Of a stretch of DNA of 64,000 bases, positions 40,024 through 49,657 are shown piece by piece. The DNA is from an uncultured Actinomycetota bacterium (GTDB taxonomy: Bacteria; Actinomycetota; Acidimicrobiia; Spongiisociales; UBA5794), in assembly GCA_963700375.1 (NCBI GenBank), contig CAVOXF010000006.1, forward strand, positions 348,021 through 412,020. The letters run 5' to 3'. The notes under the pieces are model-generated. The model ran no database searches. It worked only from the letters and a program-made list of their open reading frames with translations, and was not told the origin of the DNA. The translations under genes and the position numbers were made by a program. Numbering within the stretch: position 1 is the stretch's first letter; each line of letters opens with the position of its first letter.

Positions 40024-41418
40024 ATGCAACGCGAACTCGTCAGACACATCCTCGAACGAGAAGACTTCGGAGCCACCGTCACCGTGGCAGGATGGGTCAG
40101 GACCCGCCGCGACTCCAAAGGTGGGTTCTCGTTCATCGAGCTCACCGACGGTTCGACGATGACCGGGCTTCAGATCATCGCCGACAACGAACTCACAAAC
40201 TACGTATCCGATGTCCTCAGCCTCACGATCGGCAGCTCGGCACGGATTACGGGGGTTCTCACCAAGTCGCCCGGCAAGGGTCAGCGGGTCGAGATCAAGG
40301 CCACCGAGGTCGAACCCTTCGGTCTCGCCGACCCCGAGACCTACCCGCTGCAGAAGAAGCGCATTTCGTTCGAGCACCTCCGCGAGATCGCTCACTTGCG
40401 CCCGCGCACGAACACCCTCGGTGCCGTCGCTCGGGTGCGCAGCGCCTTGTCGTACGCCACACACCGATTCTTCCAGGAACGGGACTTCCTCTATCTCCAC
40501 ACGCCGCTGATCACCGCGAGCGATGCTGAGGGCGTTGGCGAGATGTTCCGGGTCACAACGCTCGACCCGGCCGCTCCCCCGCGCACGGACGACGGAGCGG
40601 TCGACTACTCGCAAGACTTCTTTGGGAAGTCGGCGTTCCTGACCGTGAGCGGCCAGCTCAACGCCGAGGCCTACGCACTCGCCGTCGACCGCGTCTACAC
40701 GTTCGGGCCGACATTTCGTGCAGAGAACTCGAACACCCGGCGCCATCTTGCCGAGTTCTGGATGATTGAACCCGAGATCGCATTCGCGGACATCAACGAT
40801 GACAGCGACCTCGCCGAGGACTACGTGAAGTACCTCATCCGATACGTGCTCGACAACAACATGACCGACCTGGAGTTCTTCAACCAGTGGGTCGACGAGA
40901 CGCTGCTCGGCACGCTGATGTCGGTCGCCGACAGCAGCTTCGAACGGATCACCTACACGGAAGCGGTCGACCTCTTGGCGAAGGCGGACGTGTCGTTCGA
41001 GTTCCCGGCCGACTGGGGCCAGGACTTGCAGTCCGAGCACGAGCGCTACCTGACCGAGCAGGTGTTCAGGAAGCCGGTGATCGTCACCGACTTCCCATTC
41101 GAGTTCAAAGCGTTCTACATGCGACGGAACGACGACGGAAAGACCGTCGCCGCCATGGACGTCCTCGTGCCGGGGATCGGTGAGATCGTCGGCGGGAGCC
41201 AACGGGAAGAGCGCCTCGACGTGCTCGTCGACAGCATGCGACTCAAGGGCATGAACGAGGATCACTACTGGTGGTACCTCGATCTGCGACGATTCGGCAG
41301 CGCCCCGCACGCAGGGTTCGGGCTGGGGCTCGAACGCGTGGTTCAGTTCACCACGGGCATGCAGAACATCCGCGACGTCATCCCGTTCCCGCGCACGCCC
41401 CGCAACGTCGAGTTCTAG
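40024..41418 (+). CDS. asnS: Asparaginyl-tRNA synthetase
   Basis: It has an N-terminal OB fold and class II motifs, including [21 protein letters not shown] and [12 protein letters not shown]. The start is at MQRELVRH. Confidence 0.9.
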   Translation: MQRELVRHILEREDFGATVTVAGWVRTRRDSKGGFSFIELTDGSTMTGLQIIADNELTNYVSDVLSLTIGSSARITGVLTKSPGKGQRVEIKATEVEPFGLADPETYPLQKKRISFEHLREIAHLRPRTNTLGAVARVRSALSYATHRFFQERDFLYLHTPLITASDAEGVGEMFRVTTLDPAAPPRTDDGAVDYSQDFFGKSAFLTVSGQLNAEAYALAVDRVYTFGPTFRAENSNTRRHLAEFWMIEPEIAFADINDDSDLAEDYVKYLIRYVLDNNMTDLEFFNQWVDETLLGTLMSVADSSFERITYTEAVDLLAKADVSFEFPADWGQDLQSEHERYLTEQVFRKPVIVTDFPFEFKAFYMRRNDDGKTVAAMDVLVPGIGEIVGGSQREERLDVLVDSMRLKGMNEDHYWWYLDLRRFGSAPHAGFGLGLERVVQFTTGMQNIRDVIPFPRTPRNVEF

Positions 41419-41439
41419 TCCCCGCGGTCGGCGACGGGT

Positions 41440-42453
41440 TCACGGGGCGGACACGACGTAGTCGTCGGACTCGTCGTCCCAGAGGAGATCCACATACCCG
41501 CTGGCAGCTGCTGCCTTGACGAATTGGAGGAAGCCGGAGTATCCGAGTTTCTTCTCCGAGAAACTGCCGTCCCGTTTGCGCATTTCGTTCTTCAGGCCCG
41601 ACAGAGCGACCGGTACGCCGCCCTTGCCGAGAGAAGCGACGGCGTCATTGAGCATACCGAAGCCCGCTTCCTCTCCCCTCCCGGACTTCGAGAACCGAAC
41701 GGCCGGATCACCTTGGGAGTCCTCGTAGTCGAGTTCGACTACGCCCTGATCGGCGAGGTGGCGCATGAGTTCGCCGAATGCGCGGAACCCGTAGTCGGTC
41801 TCGGTGAACGTGGGGTCCTTGCGCAGCAGAGCCCGCTTGAGGCTCGAAGCCCGGACGTCGCCGTTCCCGGCCCGGATCAATCCGGCGAGCGTGGGGACGA
41901 TCAAGGCGTCGGGCGACTCGGTGGTCGCCGCGATCGCCTTCTCCTCCTTGGGCCGTTCCTTCTTCGGCTTCCGATCGGGGATATCGACTCCGGCAAGGTT
42001 CTCGTAGAACAGAAACTCGTCACAGGCGGCAGGAAGCAGTTTCGACGTCGAACCCTTGAGTCCAACACCGACGACCCGCCGGTTCCGCTCGCGCAGCTTG
42101 TGGACGAGGGGCGTGAAGTCCGAGTCGCCGGTGCACAACACGAACATCGTGACGTAGTCGCGTTCGAAAGCGAGTTCGACCGCGTCGACCGCCATCTTGA
42201 TGTCTGCGGCGTTCTTACGGACCGCGCCTTTCCGCTGTGGAATCTCGATCAATTCGATCTGGTTGTCGGTGAGCATCCGACGGTCCTTCTCGAAGTAGGT
42301 CCAGTCGGCATAGGCGCGGCGAACCACCACACGACCGCGCTCTGCGAGGGCGTCGGCGACAGGCTTGAAATCGAACTCGATCCCAAGGTCTTCTCGCGCG
42401 CCGATCGCGAGGTTCTCGTAGTCGATGAACAGGCCGATGCGTTCTTCTTCCAT
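41440..42453 (-). CDS. NYN (LabA-like) domain protein with two C-terminal OST-HTH/LOTUS domains
   Basis: It has an N-terminal NYN region (GLFIDYENL...RAYADW...TGDSDFTPLV) and two LOTUS-like repeats (LIRAGNGDV...LADQGVVEL; SGLKNEMRKRDG...SGYVDLL). Confidence 0.7.
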   Translation of the reverse strand: MEEERIGLFIDYENLAIGAREDLGIEFDFKPVADALAERGRVVVRRAYADWTYFEKDRRMLTDNQIELIEIPQRKGAVRKNAADIKMAVDAVELAFERDYVTMFVLCTGDSDFTPLVHKLRERNRRVVGVGLKGSTSKLLPAACDEFLFYENLAGVDIPDRKPKKERPKEEKAIAATTESPDALIVPTLAGLIRAGNGDVRASSLKRALLRKDPTFTETDYGFRAFGELMRHLADQGVVELDYEDSQGDPAVRFSKSGRGEEAGFGMLNDAVASLGKGGVPVALSGLKNEMRKRDGSFSEKKLGYSGFLQFVKAAAASGYVDLLWDDESDDYVVSAP

Positions 42454-42465
42454 GCACGCAGCGTA

Positions 42466-43224
42466 TCAGGCGGCGCGGTCCGGGGATCTCCACTCCTGGA
42501 GCGTGTGCGAGATCCACGCCTGGCAGCGGTCGAGAATCTCAACCGGGGACTCACCTGGGTGACGGAATACCGGCTCGCCGAAACGCACCCGCACCTTCGT
42601 TCCGTAAGGAATCGGGAACATGTTTCGCTGGAAGACCCTCCATGAGCCTTCGATGGCGGTCGGGATGATCGGAAGGCTCGGTGCAGCCTCCATGATCGCC
42701 GCGAGGCCACCGACTCGGAAGTCCCCCAGTTCGCCTGCTCGTGAGCGCGTCCCCTCGGGGAAGATGACGACCGACACATCTCGTCGCTCGGCCTCGGACG
42801 CCATCTCGGCGATCGCCTCCATTGCCTGGTCGCGGTGTTCACGGTCGATGACAGCGTTGCCGCCGTATCTCAGATTGAGCGACACGCTCGGGAGGCCTCT
42901 GGCGAGTTGCTTCTTCGCGACGTACTTCGGATAGTTGCGGGGCAGCAGACCGCCGAAGATCGGCACGTCGTACATCGACTGGTGGTTCGACACGAAGATG
43001 AAGCCGCCGTCCGGAGCGAACCGGTCTCTCCCCTCGGTCTCGACACGGATCCCGGAGATGCGGAACACAGCGACGAGCGTCTTCTGGAGGCCGGCCATCG
43101 CTTTCTCGAATGGGCGTTGTCCGAACGGCAGGGCACACAGGCCGATGAGGTGGAAGACCGCGAGTGTGAGGCCGAAGGCGGCGACGGTCGGGACCGTGAA
43201 CAACCAATCTCGAAAACGCTTCAA
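42466..43224 (-). CDS. plsC: 1-acyl-sn-glycerol-3-phosphate acyltransferase
   Basis: It has NHQSMYD and FPEGTRS motifs. A TTG start at 43224 overlaps the hydrolase stop (TTGA), giving about 252 aa. Confidence 0.8.
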   Translation of the reverse strand: MKRFRDWLFTVPTVAAFGLTLAVFHLIGLCALPFGQRPFEKAMAGLQKTLVAVFRISGIRVETEGRDRFAPDGGFIFVSNHQSMYDVPIFGGLLPRNYPKYVAKKQLARGLPSVSLNLRYGGNAVIDREHRDQAMEAIAEMASEAERRDVSVVIFPEGTRSRAGELGDFRVGGLAAIMEAAPSLPIIPTAIEGSWRVFQRNMFPIPYGTKVRVRFGEPVFRHPGESPVEILDRCQAWISHTLQEWRSPDRAA

Positions 43225-44097
43225 TTCAGGCTCGATTCTCTGCGCAGGAAGAGGATAAGTGCATCGTTGACCTGTTCGGGCTGCTCCTGTTGGGTCCAAT
43301 GGCCGCTGCCGGTGATCGGGACCACCTCGAGGTTCGGCACCCATCGTCGCATGCCGTCGGCGAGGGTCGGCGGCAGGATCGGATCGCGATCAGCGGTGAG
43401 CATGAGGGTCGGCTGCGTGATCGGCGCGTTGGCGAGGCTCATGGTGGCCGCGGCATTGGCATCGATGTTGCGATACGGGCCGAGCGGACCGAAGACACCA
43501 CCCCGGATGAAGGCCTCCCGATAGACGGCGAAGTCGGTGTCGGTCATGAATCCGGGGTCGGCAGCGATGCCCATGATAGACGGCGCGCAACCATGCATCC
43601 GGGTCGGAGTCGAAGGCTGCCTCCGTCACGCCGACCTCCTGGAAGCCGAGGACATAGCCGAAACGGTCGGCGAGGTGCTCCCGGATGACCGCCGTCGACG
43701 GAAAGCCGGCGCAGTAACCGCGGTACGGGACGTTGAGGCTGACGACCCTTTCGACCCGATCCGGGTGCAGGAGCGCGGTGCTCCAGACGACGATGCTGCC
43801 CCAGTCGTGCCCCACGAGCGTCGCTCGCTCGATATCGAGCACGTCGAGCAGGCGGACGGCGTCGGCGACCAGGCTGCGCAGACCGTACGCCTCCACGTCG
43901 TCGGGCTTGGAGGAGCCGCCATATCCGCGCTGGTCATAGGCAATCGCCCGGAAACCCGCTGCGGCGAGAGCCGGCACCTGGTGGCGCCACGAATAGGCGA
44001 GTTCGGGAAAACCGTGGATGAAGACGACGGCCTCACCGGCCCCCTCGTCGACGGTCGCGAGGTCCACGCCATTGAGGGCGTGCATGGTCTGATCCAT
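43221..44097 (-). CDS. Alpha/beta-hydrolase (epoxide hydrolase/haloalkane dehalogenase-like), frame broken by an apparent single-base frameshift near 43553-43575
   Basis: The 235-aa ORF has HGFPELAYSWRHQ and GHDWGS motifs. The 125-aa ORF in the -1 frame has the cap and C-terminal regions (TDTDFAVYREAF...GPYRNID...GSGHWTQQEQPE). Together they total about 292 aa. Confidence 0.7.
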
Positions 44098-44137
44098 ACC
44101 CCGAGGCTAGCGCAGGCAATCAACGGGCTCCATGACG

Positions 44138-44262
44138 CTGCGAACCCAGGGTTCTCCGCTTTCTATTTGGCGCCGACCGCCCACAGAACGATCGGGGCCA
44201 CCGCGGCCCTCCATTCCGCGGGCTGTCGGCGCCACATACGGGGTGGAGAACCCTGGGTTCGC
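44138..44262. repeat. Nested perfect inverted repeats (19-bp outer TGCGAACCCAGGGTTCTCC/GGAGAACCCTGGGTTCGCA; 9-bp inner GGCGCCGAC/GTCGGCGCC)
   Basis: The repeats were found by direct inspection. The outer arms are at 44138-44156 and 44244-44262. The inner arms are at 44168-44176 and 44224-44232. Confidence 0.6.
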
Positions 44263-44271
44263 AGATGAAGA

Positions 44272-44350
44272 TGACCGCTTCGTGCCGAAGGGGGGACACG
44301 GCACGAAGCGGTCGACTTGGACGACCGGCGGTTGGGGCCGATCGGTCGTC
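44272..44350 (-). ncRNA. Candidate structured sRNA / terminator: two adjacent hairpins with C-rich loops on the minus strand (6C-RNA-like)
   Basis: A 15-bp perfect stem gaccgcttcgtgccg/cggcacgaagcggtc has a loop that reads UGUCCCCCCUU on the minus strand. A 9-bp stem ggacgaccg/cggtcgtcc (44318-44350) has a loop that reads AUCGGCCCCAACCGC on the minus strand. The strand and identity are uncertain. Confidence 0.3.
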
Positions 44351-44569
44351 CGCAGCCCATCGGACCTGACCGCGGGAGAAAGAAGGGGGATGCGGCCGCG
44401 TCCAATGAACAGTCTGAATTGTGAGGCCCTTCACAGGACGGACGGGCGGAAACATGCCTTCCGAGCTGCTGGGGTTGCCGATCCTCGAGAGATCGGCTCC
44501 AAGGACCTCATCGGAGGCTACCGACAGGCCCGGATAGCGGCACCAATGTGAGACAGAATCTCCGGGATT

Positions 44570-45046
44570 TCAGCCGGGCGATTGCCAGCGATCTTCCGGG
44601 ATCTCCACGAGGACCGCTGAGCCCTTCGCCGTCACGACTCCGTCCACCGAGAGATCCGTTTCGACGATTGCTTTCCGTCCCGTGATCTCGACGAGCCGGC
44701 CGGTGAGGTGCATCGTTCCAAGCGGCGTCGGCAGCACATAGTCGATCTCGAGATGGGCCGTGACGAACCGCGGCGACGGATCGTCACCGACCCTCTTACC
44801 GTCGCGCTGCATCGCGAAGATCGCGGCCGAGCCGGTCGAATGGCAGTCGATGATCGAGGCTACGATCCCGCCGTACGCATACCCGGGAACGGCCGTGTGA
44901 TGGGGCTCCGGCGTGAACTCGGTCACGGTACCGCCGTCATCGGAGCGAGTCTTGATCTGATGCCCGACCTCGTTGAGCCGACCACAGCCGTAGCAGTGGG
45001 ATACGTCCTCTGGATACAGATCCTGGACCGCAATCCCGTCAGCCAT
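44570..45046 (-). CDS. Hotdog-fold thioesterase (PaaI/YbgC-like)
   Basis: It is about 158 aa. The GGIVASIIDCHSTGSAA region is typical of PaaI-type thioesterases. The start is at MADGIAV, 7 nt after the S9 peptidase stop. Confidence 0.65.
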   Translation of the reverse strand: MADGIAVQDLYPEDVSHCYGCGRLNEVGHQIKTRSDDGGTVTEFTPEPHHTAVPGYAYGGIVASIIDCHSTGSAAIFAMQRDGKRVGDDPSPRFVTAHLEIDYVLPTPLGTMHLTGRLVEITGRKAIVETDLSVDGVVTAKGSAVLVEIPEDRWQSPG

Positions 45047-46970
45047 CGCTGTGGCCTTCCGCCGACCCGCCACCCAGGTCGAGGATCGGGATGTCTCCCG
45101 AGGGCGTGAATCCGAACACGATTCCGTAGAACGCCAGCTCGGTTTCGAGGCTGTGGATGACATTGGCGGCCTGACGGAATCCATGCCCTTCGCCTTCGTA
45201 TTCGATGTGCACGTGAGGAATGCCGCGGCTCGCGAGCGCCTCGGCGATCACGACCGCTTGACTCGGAGGAACGACCTTGTCCTCGAGCCCCTGGAACAAC
45301 GCCACCGGAACGTCGATCTCGTCGACCGAGTGCAGCGGGGATCGCTTGCGCCACACCACGGGGTCGTTGCCGATCAGGCGCGTCTCGTAGCGTGACTCGA
45401 ACTTGTGGCTGTCGCCCATCAGCATCTCGATGTCGGCGATGCCGTAGTAGGAAGCACCGGCGGCGAAGCAATCACGGAAGGCCAGCGCGGCGAGCGTTGT
45501 GTACCCACCAGCGCTCCCGCCGCTGATAGCGAGCCGTTCGCCGTCGACCTCGCCGATCGACGCCAAGTACTCCGCGGCTGCGACCGCATCATCGACGTCG
45601 ACGACGCCCCACTCCCCTTCGAGCTTCTCGCGGTATTCCCGTCCGAAGCCCGTCGACCCGCGGTAGTTGACATCTACAACACCGAACCCGCGGGACGTCC
45701 AGAACATGGTCTCAAGGCTGAATACCGGTGAGACACTCGACGTCGGCCCGCCGTGGATGTGCACGAGCAACGGCGGACGCTTCCCCGCCGGCCCCTCGAA
45801 ATCGGGATTCGCGGGCGGGTAGTAGACGGCGTGAGCGGTGTCGCCGCCCGTCGTGGGGAATGCGATGAGACGCGGATCGGACCCGTACGCGGCATCGACA
45901 TGCGAGGGATTCGAGCGGACGACTGATGCCCTACCGGCGTCGGCATCGAACTCGACAAGCGCCGTCGGTCGGTGCGGGTGTGCGCCGATGAACCAGACTC
46001 GGTGATCGCCGTCGGTGATGAGGTGGTGCCCGTAGCTGGAATAGTCGAGATCGGTCCGCACCACCGTGCCGTCGCGGCCGATGATCCCGAGGCGTTGCGT
46101 CCCGTTCTCTGTGATGACCGCTGCGATCCGACCGTCGGAGAGGAATCCGTACCACGAGGATCCGAACACCCACGCTGGTCCGGCGAACTCGGCAGCCGTC
46201 GAGACGATCGGACTCGTTGTCCCGCCGTCGAAGCGATGAAGGTTCCACCATCCGGTTCGGTCCGAGGCGAAGACGAGGCTCCCGTCGGTGTCCCACTCGG
46301 GCTGAACGACCGACTCGTCGACTCCGCCGGCAACCACACTCCGGTCGGTCGGATCGGCTGCGTCCGCAACGACCAGGCGAGTCCCGTCCCACGGCATATT
46401 GGGGTGGTCCCATTCGACCCAGGCCAGTCGCGTTCCGTCAGGCGAGACCCCCGGCGATGCGTAGAAGTCGCTGCCGGTCGCGAGAACGCTGCACGTGCCA
46501 TCGGCGCCGACGGCGACCAATTCGTTGACCGCTTCTCCCTCAGCCGGATGTGTCTCGCGGACGGCTATCAGCGTCCCGTCCTCCATGCGCACGACGTCCG
46601 CGAACCGTACCGAGAGCGGTCGCTCAGGTTCGGCCGTCAGCGGTGCCACTCCCCCACCGCCGTCCGAGCGGTACAGACGTTGATCCTCGAAGTCCGAGTA
46701 GACGAGGACTCCCCCGTCGGCCCGGTATGCACCGCCCCCGTATTCGTGGGCCGTCGTGCGGACGCTCACCGTGTCGGGCAGCACGTCGCCGACGTCGCCG
46801 GACGCGGCGCGGCGCACGAGCGCCGTGCGGCCACCTTCCGACGGGCGCATCTCGAGCCAGTACAAGGACCCCGCGTCGAACTGAATATCGGAGAACCGGA
46901 CGATGCCGGCGACGGTATCCGCGGCCGCGACCGGCGACTCCCACGATCCGAAGGGTGCAATGGTGCTCAT
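45039..46970 (-). CDS. S9 family serine peptidase (prolyl oligopeptidase/acylaminoacyl-peptidase-like)
   Basis: It has an N-terminal beta-propeller and a C-terminal alpha/beta catalytic domain with the GGSAGGYT nucleophile elbow. Confidence 0.85.
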   Translation of the reverse strand: MSTIAPFGSWESPVAAADTVAGIVRFSDIQFDAGSLYWLEMRPSEGGRTALVRRAASGDVGDVLPDTVSVRTTAHEYGGGAYRADGGVLVYSDFEDQRLYRSDGGGGVAPLTAEPERPLSVRFADVVRMEDGTLIAVRETHPAEGEAVNELVAVGADGTCSVLATGSDFYASPGVSPDGTRLAWVEWDHPNMPWDGTRLVVADAADPTDRSVVAGGVDESVVQPEWDTDGSLVFASDRTGWWNLHRFDGGTTSPIVSTAAEFAGPAWVFGSSWYGFLSDGRIAAVITENGTQRLGIIGRDGTVVRTDLDYSSYGHHLITDGDHRVWFIGAHPHRPTALVEFDADAGRASVVRSNPSHVDAAYGSDPRLIAFPTTGGDTAHAVYYPPANPDFEGPAGKRPPLLVHIHGGPTSSVSPVFSLETMFWTSRGFGVVDVNYRGSTGFGREYREKLEGEWGVVDVDDAVAAAEYLASIGEVDGERLAISGGSAGGYTTLAALAFRDCFAAGASYYGIADIEMLMGDSHKFESRYETRLIGNDPVVWRKRSPLHSVDEIDVPVALFQGLEDKVVPPSQAVVIAEALASRGIPHVHIEYEGEGHGFRQAANVIHSLETELAFYGIVFGFTPSGDIPILDLGGGSAEGHSDG

Positions 46971-46986
46971 TGCCGGATGGTAGGCC

Positions 46987-48726
46987 TCAGCGGTACATCG
47001 CCTCGATCTGGTCGCTGAAGTGCTCGCGCACGACCTTCCGCTTCACCTTCATCGTCGGGGTGAGCTCCCCGTGCTCGATCGAGAGCGGCTCATCGAGGAT
47101 GACGAACTTCTTCAACTGTCGTACGCGAGCGTTCGAGCCGTTCACCTCGTCGACAGCGGCTTGCACCGAAGCCTGGACTTCATCCTCGGTCATCCCCTCA
47201 GCGGCCTCGGGATCAACCGAGATCAAGGCGGTGAGGAACGGTCGCTGATCACCGATCACCACAACTGTTCCGATCAACGGGTTCGTCTGGAGGGCCGTTT
47301 CGATCAACGACGGCGTCACGTTCTCACCACCGGCGGTGATGATGATGTCCTTCTTGCGGTCGGTGATGAACAGGAACCCGTCGTCGTCGATTTCGCCGAT
47401 ATCGCCGGACTTGAGCCAACCGTCCTCGGTGAGCGCCTCGGCGGTTGCCTCGGGGTTGTTGAGGTAGCCGAGGAACAGATTGGGGCCACGGACGAGGATC
47501 TCGCCGTCCTCGCCGATCTTGAGCTCGACGCCGGGGAGCGCCGGCCCGACCGACCCGATGCGATTCCCGTCCGGCTCGTTGAACGAGCACACGCCGGTGC
47601 ACTCCGACTGCCCATAGAGCTGCAAGAGCTGCATCCCGAGGCCGGAGAAGAACTCCGCAATCGTCGGCGACAGCGGCGCAGCAGACGAGAACATGTAGCG
47701 GCAGCGATCGAGGCCCATGGCCTCCTTCGCCTTGGAATAGACGAGCTTGTCGAACAGGCCGTACTGCGCGGCGACCAATCCACCGGGCTGGTCTCCGCGG
47801 TCCAACGCGTCAGTGTGTTGGCGCCCCACCGAGAGCGCGCGGTTCGCTATCGCCGCCTTGACGCCGCTGGCTTCACCTAGCTTCTCCGAAACCGCGGCGT
47901 AGAACTTCTCCCACACCCGCGGAACGGCGAAGAACGCCGTCGGGCGGACCTCTTTGAGGGTGTCGGCGAGCCGGAAGATGTCCGGTTCGAAGTAGATCTT
48001 GATGCCCATCACGGCGGGCGCGAGGATCGACACGATCTGTTCGGCGATGTGAGATAGGGGCAGATACGAGACGGCGGAGTCGGCTGGGCCGAGCTTGATG
48101 AATCCCTGAACGGACTCTGGGAGGAACACGAGCGCCTCGTGCGGCAGGACCACGGCCTTCGGCGGACCGGTCGTGCCCGAGGTGTAGATGAGCACGGCCC
48201 CATCACGGGGCCCGAGCGCCGCGAGGCGATCGTCAACGAGGCCCATTTCGACTTCACTACCCGCTCCAATGAACTCGTCCCACGTCATCACCCCATCCGC
48301 GTTGGAGGATGTGCCCGGCATGAGGACGATGTGGTTGAGGGTCGGGATGTCATCGCGAATCGCCAGGATCTTCTCGAGCTGCGCAGCGTTCTGGACGAGA
48401 ACGACGGGTGACTGGGAGTGCCCGACAACGTAGGCGCACTCTTCGGGCGAGCTCGTCGGATAGATTCCGGCCGGCATCGCGCCGACGGCCATCGCAGCCA
48501 CGTCGAAAATGACCCACTCCGGGGTATTCGTTCCCAGGATCGAGACCGCCGATCCCGACTCGACACCAAGGCCGATCAATGCACGCGCTGCGGCCTTGAC
48601 GTGATCCGCATAGCTCGACCAGCTCGTCGAAACCCATTGGCCATCACTGCGAACCGCATATGCATCATCCGGGCCGCGCTCGGCCCCGGTCTTGAGAATC
48701 TTGTGGGGGATCGTCTCGTACGCCAT
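46987..48726 (-). CDS. Long-chain-fatty-acid--CoA ligase (AMP-binding, FadD-like)
   Basis: It has YTSGTTGPPK, GQSECTG and GWLKSGD AMP-binding motifs. Confidence 0.85.
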   Translation of the reverse strand: MAYETIPHKILKTGAERGPDDAYAVRSDGQWVSTSWSSYADHVKAAARALIGLGVESGSAVSILGTNTPEWVIFDVAAMAVGAMPAGIYPTSSPEECAYVVGHSQSPVVLVQNAAQLEKILAIRDDIPTLNHIVLMPGTSSNADGVMTWDEFIGAGSEVEMGLVDDRLAALGPRDGAVLIYTSGTTGPPKAVVLPHEALVFLPESVQGFIKLGPADSAVSYLPLSHIAEQIVSILAPAVMGIKIYFEPDIFRLADTLKEVRPTAFFAVPRVWEKFYAAVSEKLGEASGVKAAIANRALSVGRQHTDALDRGDQPGGLVAAQYGLFDKLVYSKAKEAMGLDRCRYMFSSAAPLSPTIAEFFSGLGMQLLQLYGQSECTGVCSFNEPDGNRIGSVGPALPGVELKIGEDGEILVRGPNLFLGYLNNPEATAEALTEDGWLKSGDIGEIDDDGFLFITDRKKDIIITAGGENVTPSLIETALQTNPLIGTVVVIGDQRPFLTALISVDPEAAEGMTEDEVQASVQAAVDEVNGSNARVRQLKKFVILDEPLSIEHGELTPTMKVKRKVVREHFSDQIEAMYR

Positions 48727-48871
48727 GGCGACTCCTCTTCACACCGCGGACACGTGACGTCAATCTACGCTGTACCGCAGGTGCATGTCGCCGAAATGCC
48801 GGGTTTTCCTCCAGTCGAACCCGCCTCAGCGAGCCTGGCACACCATCCGGGCCGCCCGCGGGACGCCGTAC

Positions 48872-49657
48872 CTATAGCTCGGTCCGGTTCCACATCCAGT
48901 AGGCGACGACGGTGAAGACGACACACGCGAGGCTCGTCGTCACGATGGCGCCGTACGACGGTACGGGGAGCCCCGAGATGATCGCACCGACAACGCTCGT
49001 CTCCTCCCCGTCGATCGGAACGACGAGGGACCACGGCAAGAGCGCCAGCAGACCGGGCAGGCTTCCCAACAACTGCTGGCCGAACGCGAACGCGAGAGGG
49101 ATCGCGATGACCGGCCCTGCCGAGTCGAAGACGGTTCCGAGCATGAGCGTGAGTGCGAGATAGAAGAGGAGATTGAGCGCTGCAACCGCTGCTCCGGCAG
49201 CGAACCGTGGGATCGAGACCTCGATGCCCGCGAGAGCCAATTGGATGAGCAGGGCTGCCGATGGGATCGCGATCATCGTGGCAACCACGCCAACCGCATT
49301 CGGTACGAGTTTGGCCGTCAGGAAGGCCTGCCTGGAGACCGGTTTGGACAGGACCCAGGCCGCGGTGCCGCTGCGCTTCTCGCCGACGACCACCTCCTGC
49401 ATGAGGATGGCGACGGCGATCGCAGCAAACATCGTCATCACGCCGTACAGGGTGAAGACATCAAGTCCGTCTGAAGCATCACTCCAAATGACCACGGCGA
49501 GGGATCCGTTGATCACCAGTGTCCAGAGCAAGGACTGCACCCACCAGTTGTTCGTCCGCCACCACGAGCCGAACGCTGCTCCCATCAGGTTGGACAGACC
49601 GCTGCGCCACCCACTCTGGCCGACCCGATCGAGGCCGGTCACACCCGTGTCAGACAT
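48872..49657 (-). CDS. ABC-2 type transporter permease
   Basis: It has six predicted TM helices. It immediately follows the ABC ATPase with a 4-nt gap. Confidence 0.65.
   Translation of the reverse strand: MSDTGVTGLDRVGQSGWRSGLSNLMGAAFGSWWRTNNWWVQSLLWTLVINGSLAVVIWSDASDGLDVFTLYGVMTMFAAIAVAILMQEVVVGEKRSGTAAWVLSKPVSRQAFLTAKLVPNAVGVVATMIAIPSAALLIQLALAGIEVSIPRFAAGAAVAALNLLFYLALTLMLGTVFDSAGPVIAIPLAFAFGQQLLGSLPGLLALLPWSLVVPIDGEETSVVGAIISGLPVPSYGAIVTTSLACVVFTVVAYWMWNRTEL

Noticed and set aside
44132-44551. A 139-aa ORF across the hairpin-rich intergenic region
   Set aside because: The ORF is composed largely of the inverted-repeat arms. It has no conserved features or coding-like codon bias.
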